A stretch of 64,000 bases of DNA from Octopus sinensis (taxonomy: Eukaryota). Location: NCBI RefSeq assembly GCF_006345805.1, contig NW_021833026.1:806001-870000 (forward strand), in the 5' to 3' direction. The translations under genes and the position numbers were made by a program. Of this stretch, positions 25,408 through 38,285 are shown piece after piece. The first letter of the stretch is position 1, and the number at the start of each line of letters is the position of its first letter. The notes beneath the pieces were generated by a model. That model saw only the letters and a program-made list of their open reading frames with translations. It did no database searches and was not told the origin of the DNA.

Positions 25408-26411
25408 TAACTTTACATGGTTTTCAAAATATCGTCAGTTTTTGTTAGACAATTCGAAATAATGTTCCCACGCGTTATGTACGGCCTAATTGTTTTTTAT
25501 TCGAGCTACAATGGAACCCACGTTTCATATTGTACTCTGTGTGAATGATTTTGCAAGAGCAGTCAAACAGGTTATACGTTTTTATAGTGTCAAAATGTGC
25601 GGAGTTTTTTTGATTGCTTGGGATAACATTTTTTTCAAATTTGTTTTCTAATGACTGGCATATTGGCAATGTTTGAGCGAACAAAATATTCGAACAAGTC
25701 ACAATTTTTGTCAACTTCGTCGGATGGGATTTGCTTAAAAATAATTTCTCGAAAATCGCAAACGTAACCATTTAGCTATGGGATTTAAATGTAATTTATT
25801 ATACTTAATTATTAATTAATTTTGAAAACAATAAACAATCAATTATATTATCGTGTCCACAATTATTTTTTTTCTTGTGTTGCATTTTCCAATGTTGTAT
25901 CAATAAAAATTGAATATGTACATATCATGAACTATTTAACATATTTTCATTGATCTATATATTTACTGTTTATTTGTCACTATTCATTATTAATATGTTT
26001 ATTGGTTCTTTAAATCATTGTTTATTCGAAAGCAATCGATTTGAAGGCATCTATAAATGCTGATACTCATTATTAACACTGATTAGTGCATTTTATGTTT
26101 GTTTATTATATAAAGACACTATTGATGGACACATTTTGTTGTTTTGTATTTTTCTGACATTAATTTCGATCAATTTAATTTTTACAATACACTCAACCCT
26201 CTTAAATTTGCCCCTCTCAAATTGGCCCCTTTCAAATTGGCCATTTTTAACAATTTACCTCTGGAAAATTCAAAAAACTCTGCAAAATGGCCAATTCTTA
26301 AATTGGCCACAATTTTAATTTTCTTGTACTGTAATTTTGATTCTTCAGAATTTTTTTGTAATAAATTTGAATTTTATTAATAAAATTTGTCCATCCTGTC
26401 TTCTCGTAATA

Positions 26412-28017
26412 TGTCGCGAGCCGAGCGCGCGACCGAGCACTAGACGCGACCAATCAAATTTACTCAATGTCAATCAATGTCAAAATAACTTATTTTATTG
26501 ATTAGATCAAGGACAATTATTATTTCTGACTGTTATAACTTCTTAAGTCGTTTGGCATGAACTTTCATTACTGATCCATCACTATTTTCCACATTGACAA
26601 AATTGTTAGACAATTTCGCAACAATAGTGAATGGATCCCCGTATGGATGTTCAAACCTGGTTAATCTCAAGGAAGGATTTGTCCCATAATCTTTTTGAAT
26701 GCGAACCTTTTAAGTAATTATAAAATAAATACAATGTCTCCAATGTTTAATTCATATTTAGACACATGCACTCCCATCTTCCTGTTCATTCTCTTATAAT
26801 ATGGAGAATCCAAGTTAACTTTTGGGAAGTTGAATTCGAATTCATCTTTAGTTGAATTTAAAACATTTACTGTTAATTTCGGGAGTGTATTGAAGTTCAG
26901 CTGCCTCAACATCAGTATTTCCTAAAACAGTATTGAATCCAGGAATTCCACGATATCTCTCAAAGGGGCTAACGCCTGCAAAAAATTTAAGACAAATAAT
27001 TCACCTGTAGATGAATGAGGTGTTTGATTGTACAAAAACACAGTCTTTCTTATGTGTTTTACCCACTCTTTGGTGTCATCCAAACTCATAATTTTTGAAA
27101 GGCTCCTTGTGACCGTCTGATTAAATCGTTCAACAATTCCCTGACTCTGGGGATTGTTTGGTCTTCCATGTATTTGTCGAACACAAAACTCTTCACATAC
27201 TTTTGTCACATGAGAATTTTTGAATTCTGTTCCGTTGTCTGATTGGAGAAACTTGCAGGGACCAAAATCCATAAAAATATCATTCAGATTATTCGCCACC
27301 TCTACTCCACTTTTATTTTTAAGATTCCTTGTAAACGCATATTTCGAATATACGTCTATTACAGACATTAACCAAGAAAAATCATTGTTTTCATTTTTAA
27401 ATCTACAAAATAAGTTAATTTTATACCGTTTAAGATCAATTAAATCTACTTGAAATCTTTCATTAGGTAAATCAGCAACAATATGAGTTGAATCATCATA
27501 TTGTTTTAGTGGAACTGAAAATTTGCAAATATTGCATTCTTTAACAACTTGGCGAATGATCTCTCTTCTCAATATAAAAAATCTTCGCCTACATAAGGCT
27601 TCCAAAGCATTATGTCCGCAATGATTAGCTTCATGAATCTCACGTGCAATTAATTTCATCTCTTCTAAGCTCGTGGAAGCAATTACGAGCTTGTGTAGGC
27701 CGTTTACATCTTTAAGATATAGTTTCCCCTCTTTAATTAGGAAATTTTCTGCTTTCTTTTTGAGTCGATACTTCTTATGTTTGGAAAGATCGACCTCCTC
27801 ATTATTGAGTATAGATCTTAGGAAATTATATTCATCTTGATCTTTTACAAACAAACGCTGGCCCGACATAACAAAGTGTAGACAAAATTATGCTAGCGTG
27901 GATAATATTTTATCTGGGTGAGTATGGTACGCCGGCAATTAGACTGACAGGTGGATGACAGGTATGACAGGTGTCAAAGTCGCGTCTAGCGCTCGGTCGC
28001 GCGCTCGGCTCGCGACA
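26412..28017 (-). mobile_element. Ginger2/TDD-like DNA transposon (gypsy-type integrase), apparently intact
   Basis: TGT...ACA ends; 39-bp TIRs with 1 mismatch (26412-26450, 27979-28017); 5-bp TSD TAATA (26407-26411, 28018-28022). Confidence 0.92.
26533..27869 (-). CDS. HHCC + DDE integrase/transposase, 410 aa after removing four introns
   Basis: HEANH...CNIC; QVDLID, QSDNGTEF, PQSQGIVERFN. Introns 27403-27426 (24 nt), 26976-27004 (29), 26846-26870 (25), 26707-26732 (26), all GT-AG. 1337-104=1233 nt = 411 codons ending in TAA. Confidence 0.85.
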
Positions 28018-28229
28018 TAATATTTATACTCGTCTGAATTTTAATCAGAAAAAAGAAATTTTATGTTATAAAGAGGAGAATCCCAATTTTTCGTGTCAGC
28101 ATTTGGGCGAAAGATTTTCTTTTGTGTTTAATAAAAAATTTTCTCGAAAAACAATCAACACCATTCTTTTGAAAGAAGATCCTCTTCTCAAAGATAGCAA
28201 GATACACAATCTAGCCTCAAAAAAGTGTC

Positions 28230-30230
28230 GATTTTTGGGATGGTGCGTTCAGGAATGCGCAAATCCAAGCTCCACTGCCCGGGGATGCTGCCGAAAGAAG
28301 GCAAGCTCGGCGGTGTTGGTTGGACGACCCGAGCAGCTGATTGAAAGTTTGATGCATCCTATTCGATCCCAGGCTCGTTGATCATTCGATCTTTCGGAAA
28401 GTCAAGACATTGTTCCCTCCAGACTTTGCTGAAATGAGCCCAGGAAAATTCAGAAACATAGAAAAACGGGGAATGATAAGTCGGAATATAAGCAGATGCC
28501 AAAGGCAATCGCGAGAGTTTCCTGTCTCCAACCCCTATCGTTGAAGGGGGAATTGCACATGTTTTGAGTACATGTACGGATAAGGTGGTTAATGGCGGAA
28601 AGTCTCTCTCGAAAAGCAAAACACAGAGAAGAGCGTAGCAAATAAGAGAGCTTTTGGATTGAAAAGCAATTTTGTAGAAGGAATAATGCTGTGTGAGTCC
28701 AACTGACTGATACGTTCAAAAACTTCCTCGAGAAAGAGTTCTTTTTTGCGTAGGGCCACATCGATAGAGTTGCCAGCTACCGGGGCTCCGAGGATAAAAG
28801 TTCGTCAATGGGAGTAGATTGAACTCCCGGGATAAGATCGCAGAAAGAGGAAACAGCTTCTTCGAAAATAGATTGCGAGCATCCGAAGTTGGAAATTTCA
28901 CATTTGGAGAAATTTAAAATGAGGCCGATTTTCTCCAGAGCCGGAATAATTTTAATTATGTCCCAGAGGGCCCCCCTGTTGAACTCCAGAAGCAGACGGG
29001 ATAGTGTCGGAATCAAAGATAAGGGAGATGGTTGGCCGTATGATTGGAAAGTTACCCAAATAAAAAAGGACAATACTCAGAGCAGGCCTCCAAAACTCGG
29101 TCCCGTCGAATACTGTTGAATGCATTTCTGATGTCAAGCTTGATCAAAATGTTAGGACATTGTGATTTCCTGCACGCATCTGAGAAAGTGCGGATAGCAG
29201 GAACAGCAGATTCACATCCTCCAGTTGGACTGGACTGAGCTTTGCGGCAATGGTGGGGATAATTTTCTTGCATGCGATCTTGGCTGCAAGGCGACGGAAG
29301 ACAAAGCCGACCGCAATTGGGCGGATCCCTCCGCATTTTTTGCCAAAAGCGGTGAGATTGGCTGAAAAGAGAATGTGACGGATAGTATCTGGCAGATTTC
29401 CTTGGAGCAGTTCATCTAACAGGCAAGTGATAGATTTGAGCAGACGAGTGGCAGGCTCACCCACGATATGAGCGGTAAGGTCCTTCAAATGTCCCGGGCT
29501 CCTCCGCTGCTGCACGGAGAATTTCCAGCCACCGGGGCTCCGAGGATAGAAAGTTCGTCAATGGGAGTAGATTCCACTCCCGGAATAAGATCACGGATCG
29601 AGCAAACAGCGTCTTCGAAAGTAGATTGCGAACACCTTTATATTTTTCTCCTGTGTAACTGCAACACAAAAGAAGTGTCATACGTTCTTTTCTTATTTTA
29701 TGTCCGCTGTGTGACTCATTTCTTTCAACAAAACTCTTTTTGGAAACAGTTTTATACAATAATGCAGTTGTATCACAGTTGAAAATGTTTTGAAGTTTTG
29801 AAGCAAATCATTGAAGGTTGATCGGAAGTTTTCCGCACCTGCTTTATCAGTTGGTCGTGATTTGCCATGTTATTTTCCTATTTCTTGAGTCTGTAAAGCC
29901 ATCCATTAGAAGCAGTGAAATCATGATTCGAATTTCTATACGCAATTTGTTTGGACGTGGGGATTTCTTCCACGCATCTGAGAATGTACGGATAGCATGA
30001 ACTGCAGATTCACATCCTCCAGGCACGCCAACCACGAGTTGGACTGGGCTGAGCTTTGCAGAGATGGTGGAGATAATTTTCTTGCATGCGATCTTGGCTG
30101 CAAGGCGACGGAAGACAAAGTCGACCGCAGTTGGGCGGATCCCTCCACATTTTTCACAAAAGCGATGAGATTGGCTGAGAAGAGTATGTGACGGATAGTA
30201 TCCGGCAGATTTCCTTGGAGCATCTCCAAA
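28230..30230 (-). mobile_element. scrambled, partly duplicated CRE-clade RT fragments
   Basis: PGHLKDL, LFSANLTAFGKKCGGIRPIAVG, KLDIRNAFNSIRRD, GVQQGGPLG, ASPGSGAW; 28790-28900 repeats at 29520-29640 and 29170-29410 repeats at 29970-30220. Confidence 0.85.
29640..29800 (-). mobile_element. pogo DDE-domain fragment
   Basis: FNCDTTALLYKTV...SGHKIRKERMTLLLCC. Confidence 0.7.
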
Positions 30231-30329
30231 AATTATTTCCGACTATTTCTAACGACTTTTGTTGTCCAAGCTAATTTTGGTCTTTCTTCTTATATTTTTT
30301 AAATATACTCAATTTTTCCATAATCGTGG

Positions 30330-30500
30330 GATGGTGTTGTTGTTGAAAGATTCATTTAGTATCGATGTGAGATATTGTAATCCATGATCACTCAGCCCCT
30401 TGATGTGGAAACTACTAAAATGTCTAAATATTTTACACTGTCCATTTTTCCATTTATAATAACAAGATTACATATCTCTTCATATGAGAAACTTTATCGG
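30330..30500 (-). mobile_element. Tc1-like transposase relic
   Basis: NLVIINGKMDSVKYLDIL followed by an IFQQ-like segment. Confidence 0.5.
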
Positions 30501-31191
30501 AGTATTATTCTCTCTGCTCATTGCAAAATTAGTTCTTTTATCTTAATATTAACAGAGAGGATAATTGCTATGAACTGTACTAAAGCAGTCCATTGTACCA
30601 ATCCAGTTGGCTAAATTGTATTCTACGCTTAACAGGTGCTCGATAACATCGTGACCCAAACAGACAACGCATTAATAAAGATTCCTCTTCTATATCATTG
30701 TAAATAATGAAAATTTGCATAATAGTCAGTAACATTTAACCATCTGGCACATCTAGTTACAATGGGATCGGGTAGATATCCAATTTCTGTAAATAATTAA
30801 CTTCGTGAATTATTTTATTTGCAATTAATTCCAAAACAATCAGTTAAAAGTGTTTTAACAATCGTTTTTCTGTAAAACCTTATGATTTAACTTTAAATAT
30901 CCAAGAACCAAAAATAAAAAGATTAGTCATTGATAAACACTATCAATTTAATTAAGTGAATAAATTTTTAAAAATCGATGAGAAATACGGTTAAAAATAA
31001 TTTAGATGGGAAATATTTCGAAAATACAATTCAACAATTTTTTAAAATTAGTTAGTTTACATTACTTGGTAACTATAAGCGACAATTTAATCAAGAAATA
31101 ATAAAATGATAATTTGTGAAAATAGAATAAGTTTTATTAAAACATTATCGAATAAGAAAATGAATAAATAAACGTGCACGTTTGTTGTGTG

Positions 31192-31979
31192 ATGCCAAAA
31201 TCTAAAAGAAAAAATAAGAGTAGTGGTTGTAATTAATTATAGTTTGTCTGACAAACACAAAGAAGAAGGGCGCAGAACATAAGCAGCAGCTCATAGAAAA
31301 CGTGATTTGCGTAAACACAGCCTTCTTTAGATTCGAGAAGCAATTTTGAAATACGAGCGCCTGTTTGTGTTCTCAGCCCACAACTTTCTAAATTCTGCAA
31401 TGCACAATATTCGAGTGGGGCTGGCAGACTCGCGGTTGGTCTGCCTTCTTCACCTTCCAGCATTTTCTTTGGCAAAAGAAGGTGATGGCCATTGCCTTGT
31501 CCTCATTTCCCGACCTCCAAAAAATGGGCGATCTTTTATGCAGAGACAGGGGTCTCCTGTTTACCATCGATCCCAGGCTGACATTCTGAAGTAGTCCCTC
31601 ATCCATCTTCTAGTTATTTCACTGAAATGAGAGTCCCCAATTTCCCGCGTTCCGGATTTACCGCGGAAAGTCAAGTCACGTTAAAGGAGGGAATTTATGA
31701 TCAATTCCCCTCCTCAGTGGAAGCCTATTTGAGATCGCTCGGACTCCCCACGTCGCTGGAGAAGGGTTGCTTTGTCTGTAGAATGGCAGGGAAGGTGAGA
31801 CTGATGCCGACTATGAGTTGTGTTCCCCCGAGATGTCCTCACCCCCGAAAAGGCCAATCTTCTGGTATTTTAGTTCTCCCTCACTGCAGAAACAATTTGG
31901 CTACAAAATGGCCGAATTTTATATTTCCATGGATGCGGTGTGGTCAAAATCTGAGGGCAAGATTACCACGTTTGTCTAA
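31192..31979 (+). pseudogene. MRTO4: MRTO4 copy carrying four 1-nt deletions (pseudogene or sequence error)
   Basis: Nearly identical to the intact copy at 61276-62068 but missing one base near 31474, 31566, 31806 and 31830, each in a short homopolymer. Confidence 0.7.
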
Positions 31980-32796
31980 CGTGTTTTTATATTATTTTTT
32001 TAATTTGCAACTTGGATGTTTTTGTCATATTAGTCGTTGAATTAACTATTTGTCTTCTGTAAATGTGCTTTATAAAATCTGGGGAATAAATCTATTGGGA
32101 TATATAGTCCCAATAATGTAACACATCTTCATTACCCTTACTATCTGTACTTGAAAAGTTATAAAACTGTCATGATAATGAAGAAAACAGGCAGCGGTAT
32201 TTTAGAATCTGAACACATGTTTACATTGTACATTTAAAGTTCAATAACGCAAGAACTTGAATAATTAAAACAATTATTTGACATGATTATATGCTGTTTG
32301 ATGTATTCATTACGCACTGAATTTAGATTTATTACTGTGTAAAACATGACCAGAGCTAATAATAAATTACAAATACAAAACATATAAAGGCATTTTTAAT
32401 GAAAATAAGGCTAGTTTGTTTCAAAAACCAAACCCTCATTTTTAAATTTTTCAAGGGCATCAAGGTTCTGTTTTTAATAAAAGAGGACATTGAAAATAAA
32501 AAACTGTGTAATTATTTTTTTATGTATTTGAAAAAACTTGAAAACAAGCTTGTTGGAGATGATAGTGGTATGATAATATTTTCTGGTACTTCAATCATAT
32601 GGTTTTTAGTCTTTGGCAATTCAATCAGTGTTACACTCCATGTAATAAAAACCGGTTTTCAAGTTTGCATGTTTTTACTAGTTTTTTTTAAATGTATATC
32701 AATTTTTAATTACTTTTCAGCATCGTTTGTTGTATCTTTTTACTATTTTTAAAATTATAATGTATATTTAATATTGATCTTGATAAAATCTTAGCG

Positions 32797-33484
32797 TGTA
32801 TTAAAAAAAACCGGATTTTTTTTGATTAGTCTGTTGCTAAGGCCATTTTTAGGTATTTGAAAAAAATGCTTGATAAATTCACTAAAGGAAAGATCTAGCT
32901 CTCATTCAATTAAATTAAACACAAAAGAAGATTGTTGAGGAGCTGAATATTCCAACTCGATTCTCAATGATTTTCTGAATAAGTTAAATAAAAAGGGACT
33001 GTTGATCGTATAACCTGGTTCTGGAAGACCCAAAAACTCTCTAACTCAGATATTTGTAACTTGTCAACATTGTGAAAGAAAATCCAAAAAAACACTTGAA
33101 CATGTGTGGACTACATAAAGGAAGAATTGAGTAAAAAAATGCTGCATAGTAAAAAGGATTTATGCGAAATATCATATAAATTTGGGACGAAATACCAATG
33201 GAATTTGTGAGAAATTAACTGAAAGTATGCCAAGAAGAAGCATTGAGGCACATGGAAAACACATTAAGGCACCCATTATTAATCATTTGACTTTTTTTCT
33301 AATCCGTTTTTTTTACACAGAAAAAAATTTAATATAATCAGTTTAGCAGTACAAAAAGATTATTGAAAAATTATAAAAAGAAAGTTACGAGATTATCATT
33401 ATAAATTAAAAAAAAGTCTAAATTAAAAACAGAATATCAAAAAAATTAAGCATTCGAAATCCGGTTTTTTACTACATGGGTGTA
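32797..33484 (+). mobile_element. degenerate Tc1-like element
   Basis: Inverted AAAAAACCGGAT / ATCCGGTTTTTT end motifs; relics PGSGRPK and LTESMPRR. Confidence 0.5.
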
Positions 33485-34699
33485 TATTGCCGAAAATGAC
33501 AGTCATGAAATAATATAAAATCAGAAAATAAAAACCAGACAAAATTGCTCAAAATATTTTTAAACGTGTTAAATTTCAAATAATGTTAAAAAATGTTGAA
33601 AAAATAGAAGAAAAATCAACTGCAAAAGAATGAATAATAAAATCACTAATAAAAGTTTGTCGCGTTTTATTTCTATAAAACAAATTCAATGGAATTAAAA
33701 TTTATCTACAAAATAAATACAACTCTAAGCCGCCAGAAAAACTGTATTTAGTCAATCCACTTTTGTTAATTCAGTTGTGTGTTTGTGTACCTCCTTAGCT
33801 GACAGTGAGATTGTGTTTCTTTTTCATGGTATAAAGTGAAAATATGAATTAGCCAATTTACTTTTTGCTGGTTCGAAAATACTTTTAAACAGCTCAGTTT
33901 TTGTAACGTATCAAAAGGTGATTGACACTCACATGACTATTAAGTCGGACAAAGCTAGAAAGTCCATCCCGATTACACAAATGTTCAAATAGAAATTAGT
34001 ATTGATAAATGGAAAATTCATTTCCCATATTGTTTTCCTCCAGTAGTCCCTTATACTACTAAAGTGATATATGAAACGCAGCCCCGCTAACTTGTTGAAA
34101 GTCCTAAGCATCCTGCAGGCTGAAAATTTCATGAACTAATCTGGAAATTAACATTTTGACGACCTGTCTGCCTGGGAGTAACTCAGTGCTGAATTTATTG
34201 AAAGGTCCACCCATTGCTGCAGAATATCTAAAGACTGTCCGTCATTCTAATGACACCCTAAACACATCTGTTAGTGTGAGAATAAAAACATTTTTAGAAC
34301 AAAGAATGTGATAACAGAAGTGTTAATTGATTAATTGTTCAAATAACAATTTGTATAGTAAATTGAATTGTTACAATTAGGCTACTGTCACGCCAATCTT
34401 TTTAGGCAGGATTGTTATAGGTTATTCTTTATGTTCAATTTGTCATCCTGTCAGAGAGATTTTAACTGTCGTAAATCGATTTTTTATCACAAACAGATTA
34501 TGTCGAGTGATATATTCGTTTATATATTTCTTTCACCAGTTTTGACCATCCTGATATTAAATAAAAAACCGAGAGTAAAGGTAGTCACTTTATAGCCAGA
34601 AATCACTTATTGAACACACGAAGCAGCTATTTCACAAATCAGCTGTAATCAAATAACTCGAACAATTATTGATAACATGGATAAGGAATAAACCATCAA

Positions 34700-36157
34700 T
34701 TAATTTTTCCTAGAATATGACCTCCTCCCTCTCTCATCGACGGAAACCAGGTACCACGAATTGTCCCAGACCATGTCCAGTGAATGGATAGGCTCATAAG
34801 GAACTATTTTAATACCAATCCAATTACTCTTATCATAAGCCTCCTCACGATCCTTCATAATCCGAGTGTACTCCTCCGCCGACACCCTCATTCGGCCTGC
34901 CAACGTCGACTCCAAGTCCCGAGACCCAGTCCTCAGTGTAGCCAGCACGGTCTCATCCTCAGAAAACCTCATTTTAAAGAGGGAGGATGTATATCCCGAA
35001 CCATACGAGAACATGAGCACATTTTTCCCCACAAGAGCACTGTCCTCACACCTTACAACAATGACCCCACAAAACTCACAGCGAAAAGGCAGAAATCAAA
35101 CTAAAGTACAAGGAAGCCGTATATGCGTTGCCAATTATTTTGTTGAGTCTTAATCCCTCACTAACTTTATCCGCCATAACTTGAGCTGATTTTTTAACAT
35201 AGTATGACTCGACGGCCTTATCCCCAAAGACAGAACTGTCGACGACGAGTTCCCTGAGACTGACAAGGGAAAGGCGACTTGAATTGGTCAGGGAGGTCAT
35301 CGCGCTCGTCGAACATGCTCAGCAAGGCCACCGACTTGACTACCAGCTTGGTGAAGGGACAGTGCATGAGGACCACATCGACCGACCCCAGTGACCCTCC
35401 TTACATGAGTTATCACACACACCCTCAAGATTGCGGTAGCAGTCGAGGAGAGCCTCGTAATAACACTTTATAGAGAGTCCCCCGTCCACCGTCGGGTACT
35501 CGGAGGTCATGTTTGGTTTGTAAAAGTCGTAGGCATGGGCCATGCAGCTTGTCTTGGAATCTACGGTGAGAGAAGGAAGTACTATTCTCGAGGACAATGG
35601 CAGCATTGGGGCCCAAAAGCACAGCCACGGCCCCCGCCCCGCCCGTACAACGAGCATTCCCCGAGGAGTACACAGCAATGTCGACCATCACGACCAAGGC
35701 ATATCTCCGACCTACCCACGTGACATAACACGTGACCATCCCAGGCAGATGACTCGAGCCAATTAATAGAATTGAAAAGAGCAGCAGTCCCGCCATAGCA
35801 GGCATTTATGCAGTCCACTCCTTCCACGTTTCGGTTGCCACTTTCGGCAAAGAGAGCCATCAGGTAACTCTTCACGGACTTGCACTTGTCCACGATTGAT
35901 TCGGTCCCCACTTCCAGTCTTCCAATGTCTTTGTAGTCTATTTTGCACGTCCTCATTAGTTTGTCCACAGCGTTCATGGCCAGAGAGACCACGTCTTCCC
36001 GGTCGCTGCAGAATGCCATTTGTGATTGGCCTATTCCGATTGTGTATCTCCCGGTGGAGACTCCGTCCAGTCGCTCGAGGTCATCCTGGCCTACGTACAA
36101 CTTGGGAACATAGGCGCTCATTGACACTATTCCGAGATTTGTGCGATTGACAGGCAT
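34700..36157 (-). CDS. HMGCS1: hydroxymethylglutaryl-CoA synthase (cytosolic type)
   Basis: [19 protein letters not shown], catalytic [65 protein letters not shown]. Confidence 0.95.
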
Positions 36158-36339
36158 TGTGAGATGTGTTCGTTTATTTATTCCAATTTATTCCAATCGA
36201 GTCAAAAATGCTTCACGATTATTTTTAATTAATTTAACAAAAAATAAAACTCCAAGTTTTGTCTTTGATTCAGTAATTTTCCTAGGTATATAAGTTATTT
36301 AATTGCATCTTTGGTTAACCTCATTAAACCACAACAAAT

Positions 36340-38285
36340 ATGCCAAAAATTAGTGATAAATTTTTAAGATTATATCCCTCTAACTAAAAAATCAACTCGG
36401 TAAGTCTGGGACTTGTTCAGACAGGTCTGCTCTAGTCCGGGCAAAATGAAAGTGACTTTGGAAGTGAGGCAATAAGTGTGCTTAGGCATATTTGCCATTC
36501 CAATAGTGTCAGATAACAAAACAGTGACAGCTATATTTAGTATGGCTGTCAATCCTGGCCAATCTATTCGGATTTTCTCTCTAGGATAAGTCAGGAGTGC
36601 TCTTAGCATTTTCTTTGTTTGGGCGCAATTATTGACTGACAGATTGATTAATGCAGCGATGTGTCGAACTACATATAACCGCTTCTCTCAGGTCGTACAG
36701 AGTGCATGACTAGTCGGCAAGAGGAGGATAGGCCAAGTTGGACGTCCAGCAATGAGTTAGTACTCGACTTGATTGGAATAGTGATACAACTCAGTGTGTG
36801 ATTAAACTATCCCAAAACATACATTTGGCCAGAAAATATATAAACAAACTCTCACGTTGTCTTGCAATCAAGTTTTCTCTCTCCTAACTAATCCAAGTTT
36901 ATTTTAGGACGGAAAACGAGAACAGTCGACCCATTTCCGCACGAGAAACCCCCCAATCAAGTTTCCCCTCCCTTTCAGGGGCAGACGAATACGTGGATGC
37001 CAACATCCAGTCCATCATCCAACACCTCGACATTTCCAACAACCAGCTGACCAACCTTACTCGCTATTTGTCCACGAATATAAAGTGGTTGGTTGAGATC
37101 TTTCATTCCCAGCACAAAGATCTTCCACGAGGAGAGAGAGACCGTCAGACTGTCGGGAATACAACGACTTGTAAGGTGGGACATCACGTGTAGGACTCCC
37201 CCACCCTGGCCAGCTGGGACTTTGACGTCTACTCGAAGAAGGACACGCTGCCCGACTCGATTTTGACGACAATCTTCTACTCAATCTTTAAAGTGAGTTG
37301 TCTGACTGAGACAAAGCATCGAGAATTTGAGAGAAAACTAAATATTGGGCTGTCGAAGTTTGTCCGACTGATCCAGCGAGTGGAAAACAAATACCACAAG
37401 CAGAATCCATACCACAACAACTTCCACGCGGCCTTGGTGGTGCACTCACTCAACGCTATGCTCGACATGGCCTTCTTCGAGGTGTTGACGGGGTCATTTC
37501 CAGGGGTTCTTTTCTGACTTGCAAGTCTTTTCCGCGCTGTTGGCCGCAGCCATACACGACGTGGATCATCCGGGACTGAGCAACACATATCTGGTCAACA
37601 CAAGTAGGTCCCCTGGGCTATTCAGACTCCCAGCTGGCTCTGATCTACAACGACATTTCTGTGCTGGAGAATCACCACTTAGCCACCGCCTTCCAACTCA
37701 TGAGGAACCCGACAGCGAAATTCTCGTCGATTTCAGCACTCAGGACAAAATGCTGGTGAGGAAGCTCATGATTGAAATGGTCCCGTCTCGACTGACTTTC
37801 CAGGTCATGGGGACCGATATGAAAGCCCACCACAAACAACTGGCCGACATGGACCGACTCCTTCAGACCAGGGGAAACCAGTTCAAGGAGAATTGCACAT
37901 TCGAGGACCGAATCCAGGTCAGGGCCGTCTTTGATGCCAGATTCTGAAATATGCCCTTCATTGTGCAGACATTAGCAACACAGTGAGGTCTTTCGACCAG
38001 TACTGGGAGTGGTCGAGCAGACTGATGGACGAAAACTTTATTCAGGGGGACTTGGAAAGGACTAATTTGTCGCCAATTAGTCCACATTGTGACAGAAACG
38101 ACTTTGACTTTGCAAAATGGCAGGTTGACTACATTCCTTCATTTCCTAAGGTCAGTTTCATGGAGAACATTGCTGCTCCCCTGTGGAGTGGGTGGGACAG
38201 GCTGGTCTCCCCCGGTGATGACAAATTTTGTCAAATTATCAAAAGGAACTTGAGGCAAATGATTTCCAAACTGAAAAACGATTAA
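36340..38285 (+). CDS. cyclic-nucleotide phosphodiesterase, PDE4-like; 5' boundary uncertain
   Basis: WDFDVY, NPYHNNFHAA, AAAIHDVDHPGLSN, VLENHHLATAF, GTDMKAH, LHCADISN, ENFIQGDLE, ISPHCDR. Exons upstream of ~36990 are not resolved. Confidence 0.85.

Larger units (their letters stand above)
26188..28230 (+). mobile_element. pogo/Tigger-type transposon 5' part, interrupted by the Ginger2-like insertion
   Basis: TA-CACTCAACCCTC terminus with repeated AAATTGGCC motifs (26188-26310); removing 26412-28022 rejoins SSRNIYTRLNFNQKKEIL...FSRKTINTIL, a CENP-B-type HTH. Confidence 0.7.

Noticed and set aside
26195-26310. Repeated AAATTGGCC units as a CRISPR-like array
   Set aside because: Irregular spacing, no unique spacers, eukaryotic context; they sit just inside a pogo-type terminus.
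27971-28381. 136-aa ORF as a host gene
   Set aside because: Chimera of Ginger2 TIR, pogo HTH and antisense CRE sequence.
36370-36609. 79-aa minus-strand ORF between HMGCS1 and the PDE
   Set aside because: No motif; the region carries plus-strand splice-like signals and more likely holds PDE 5' exons.
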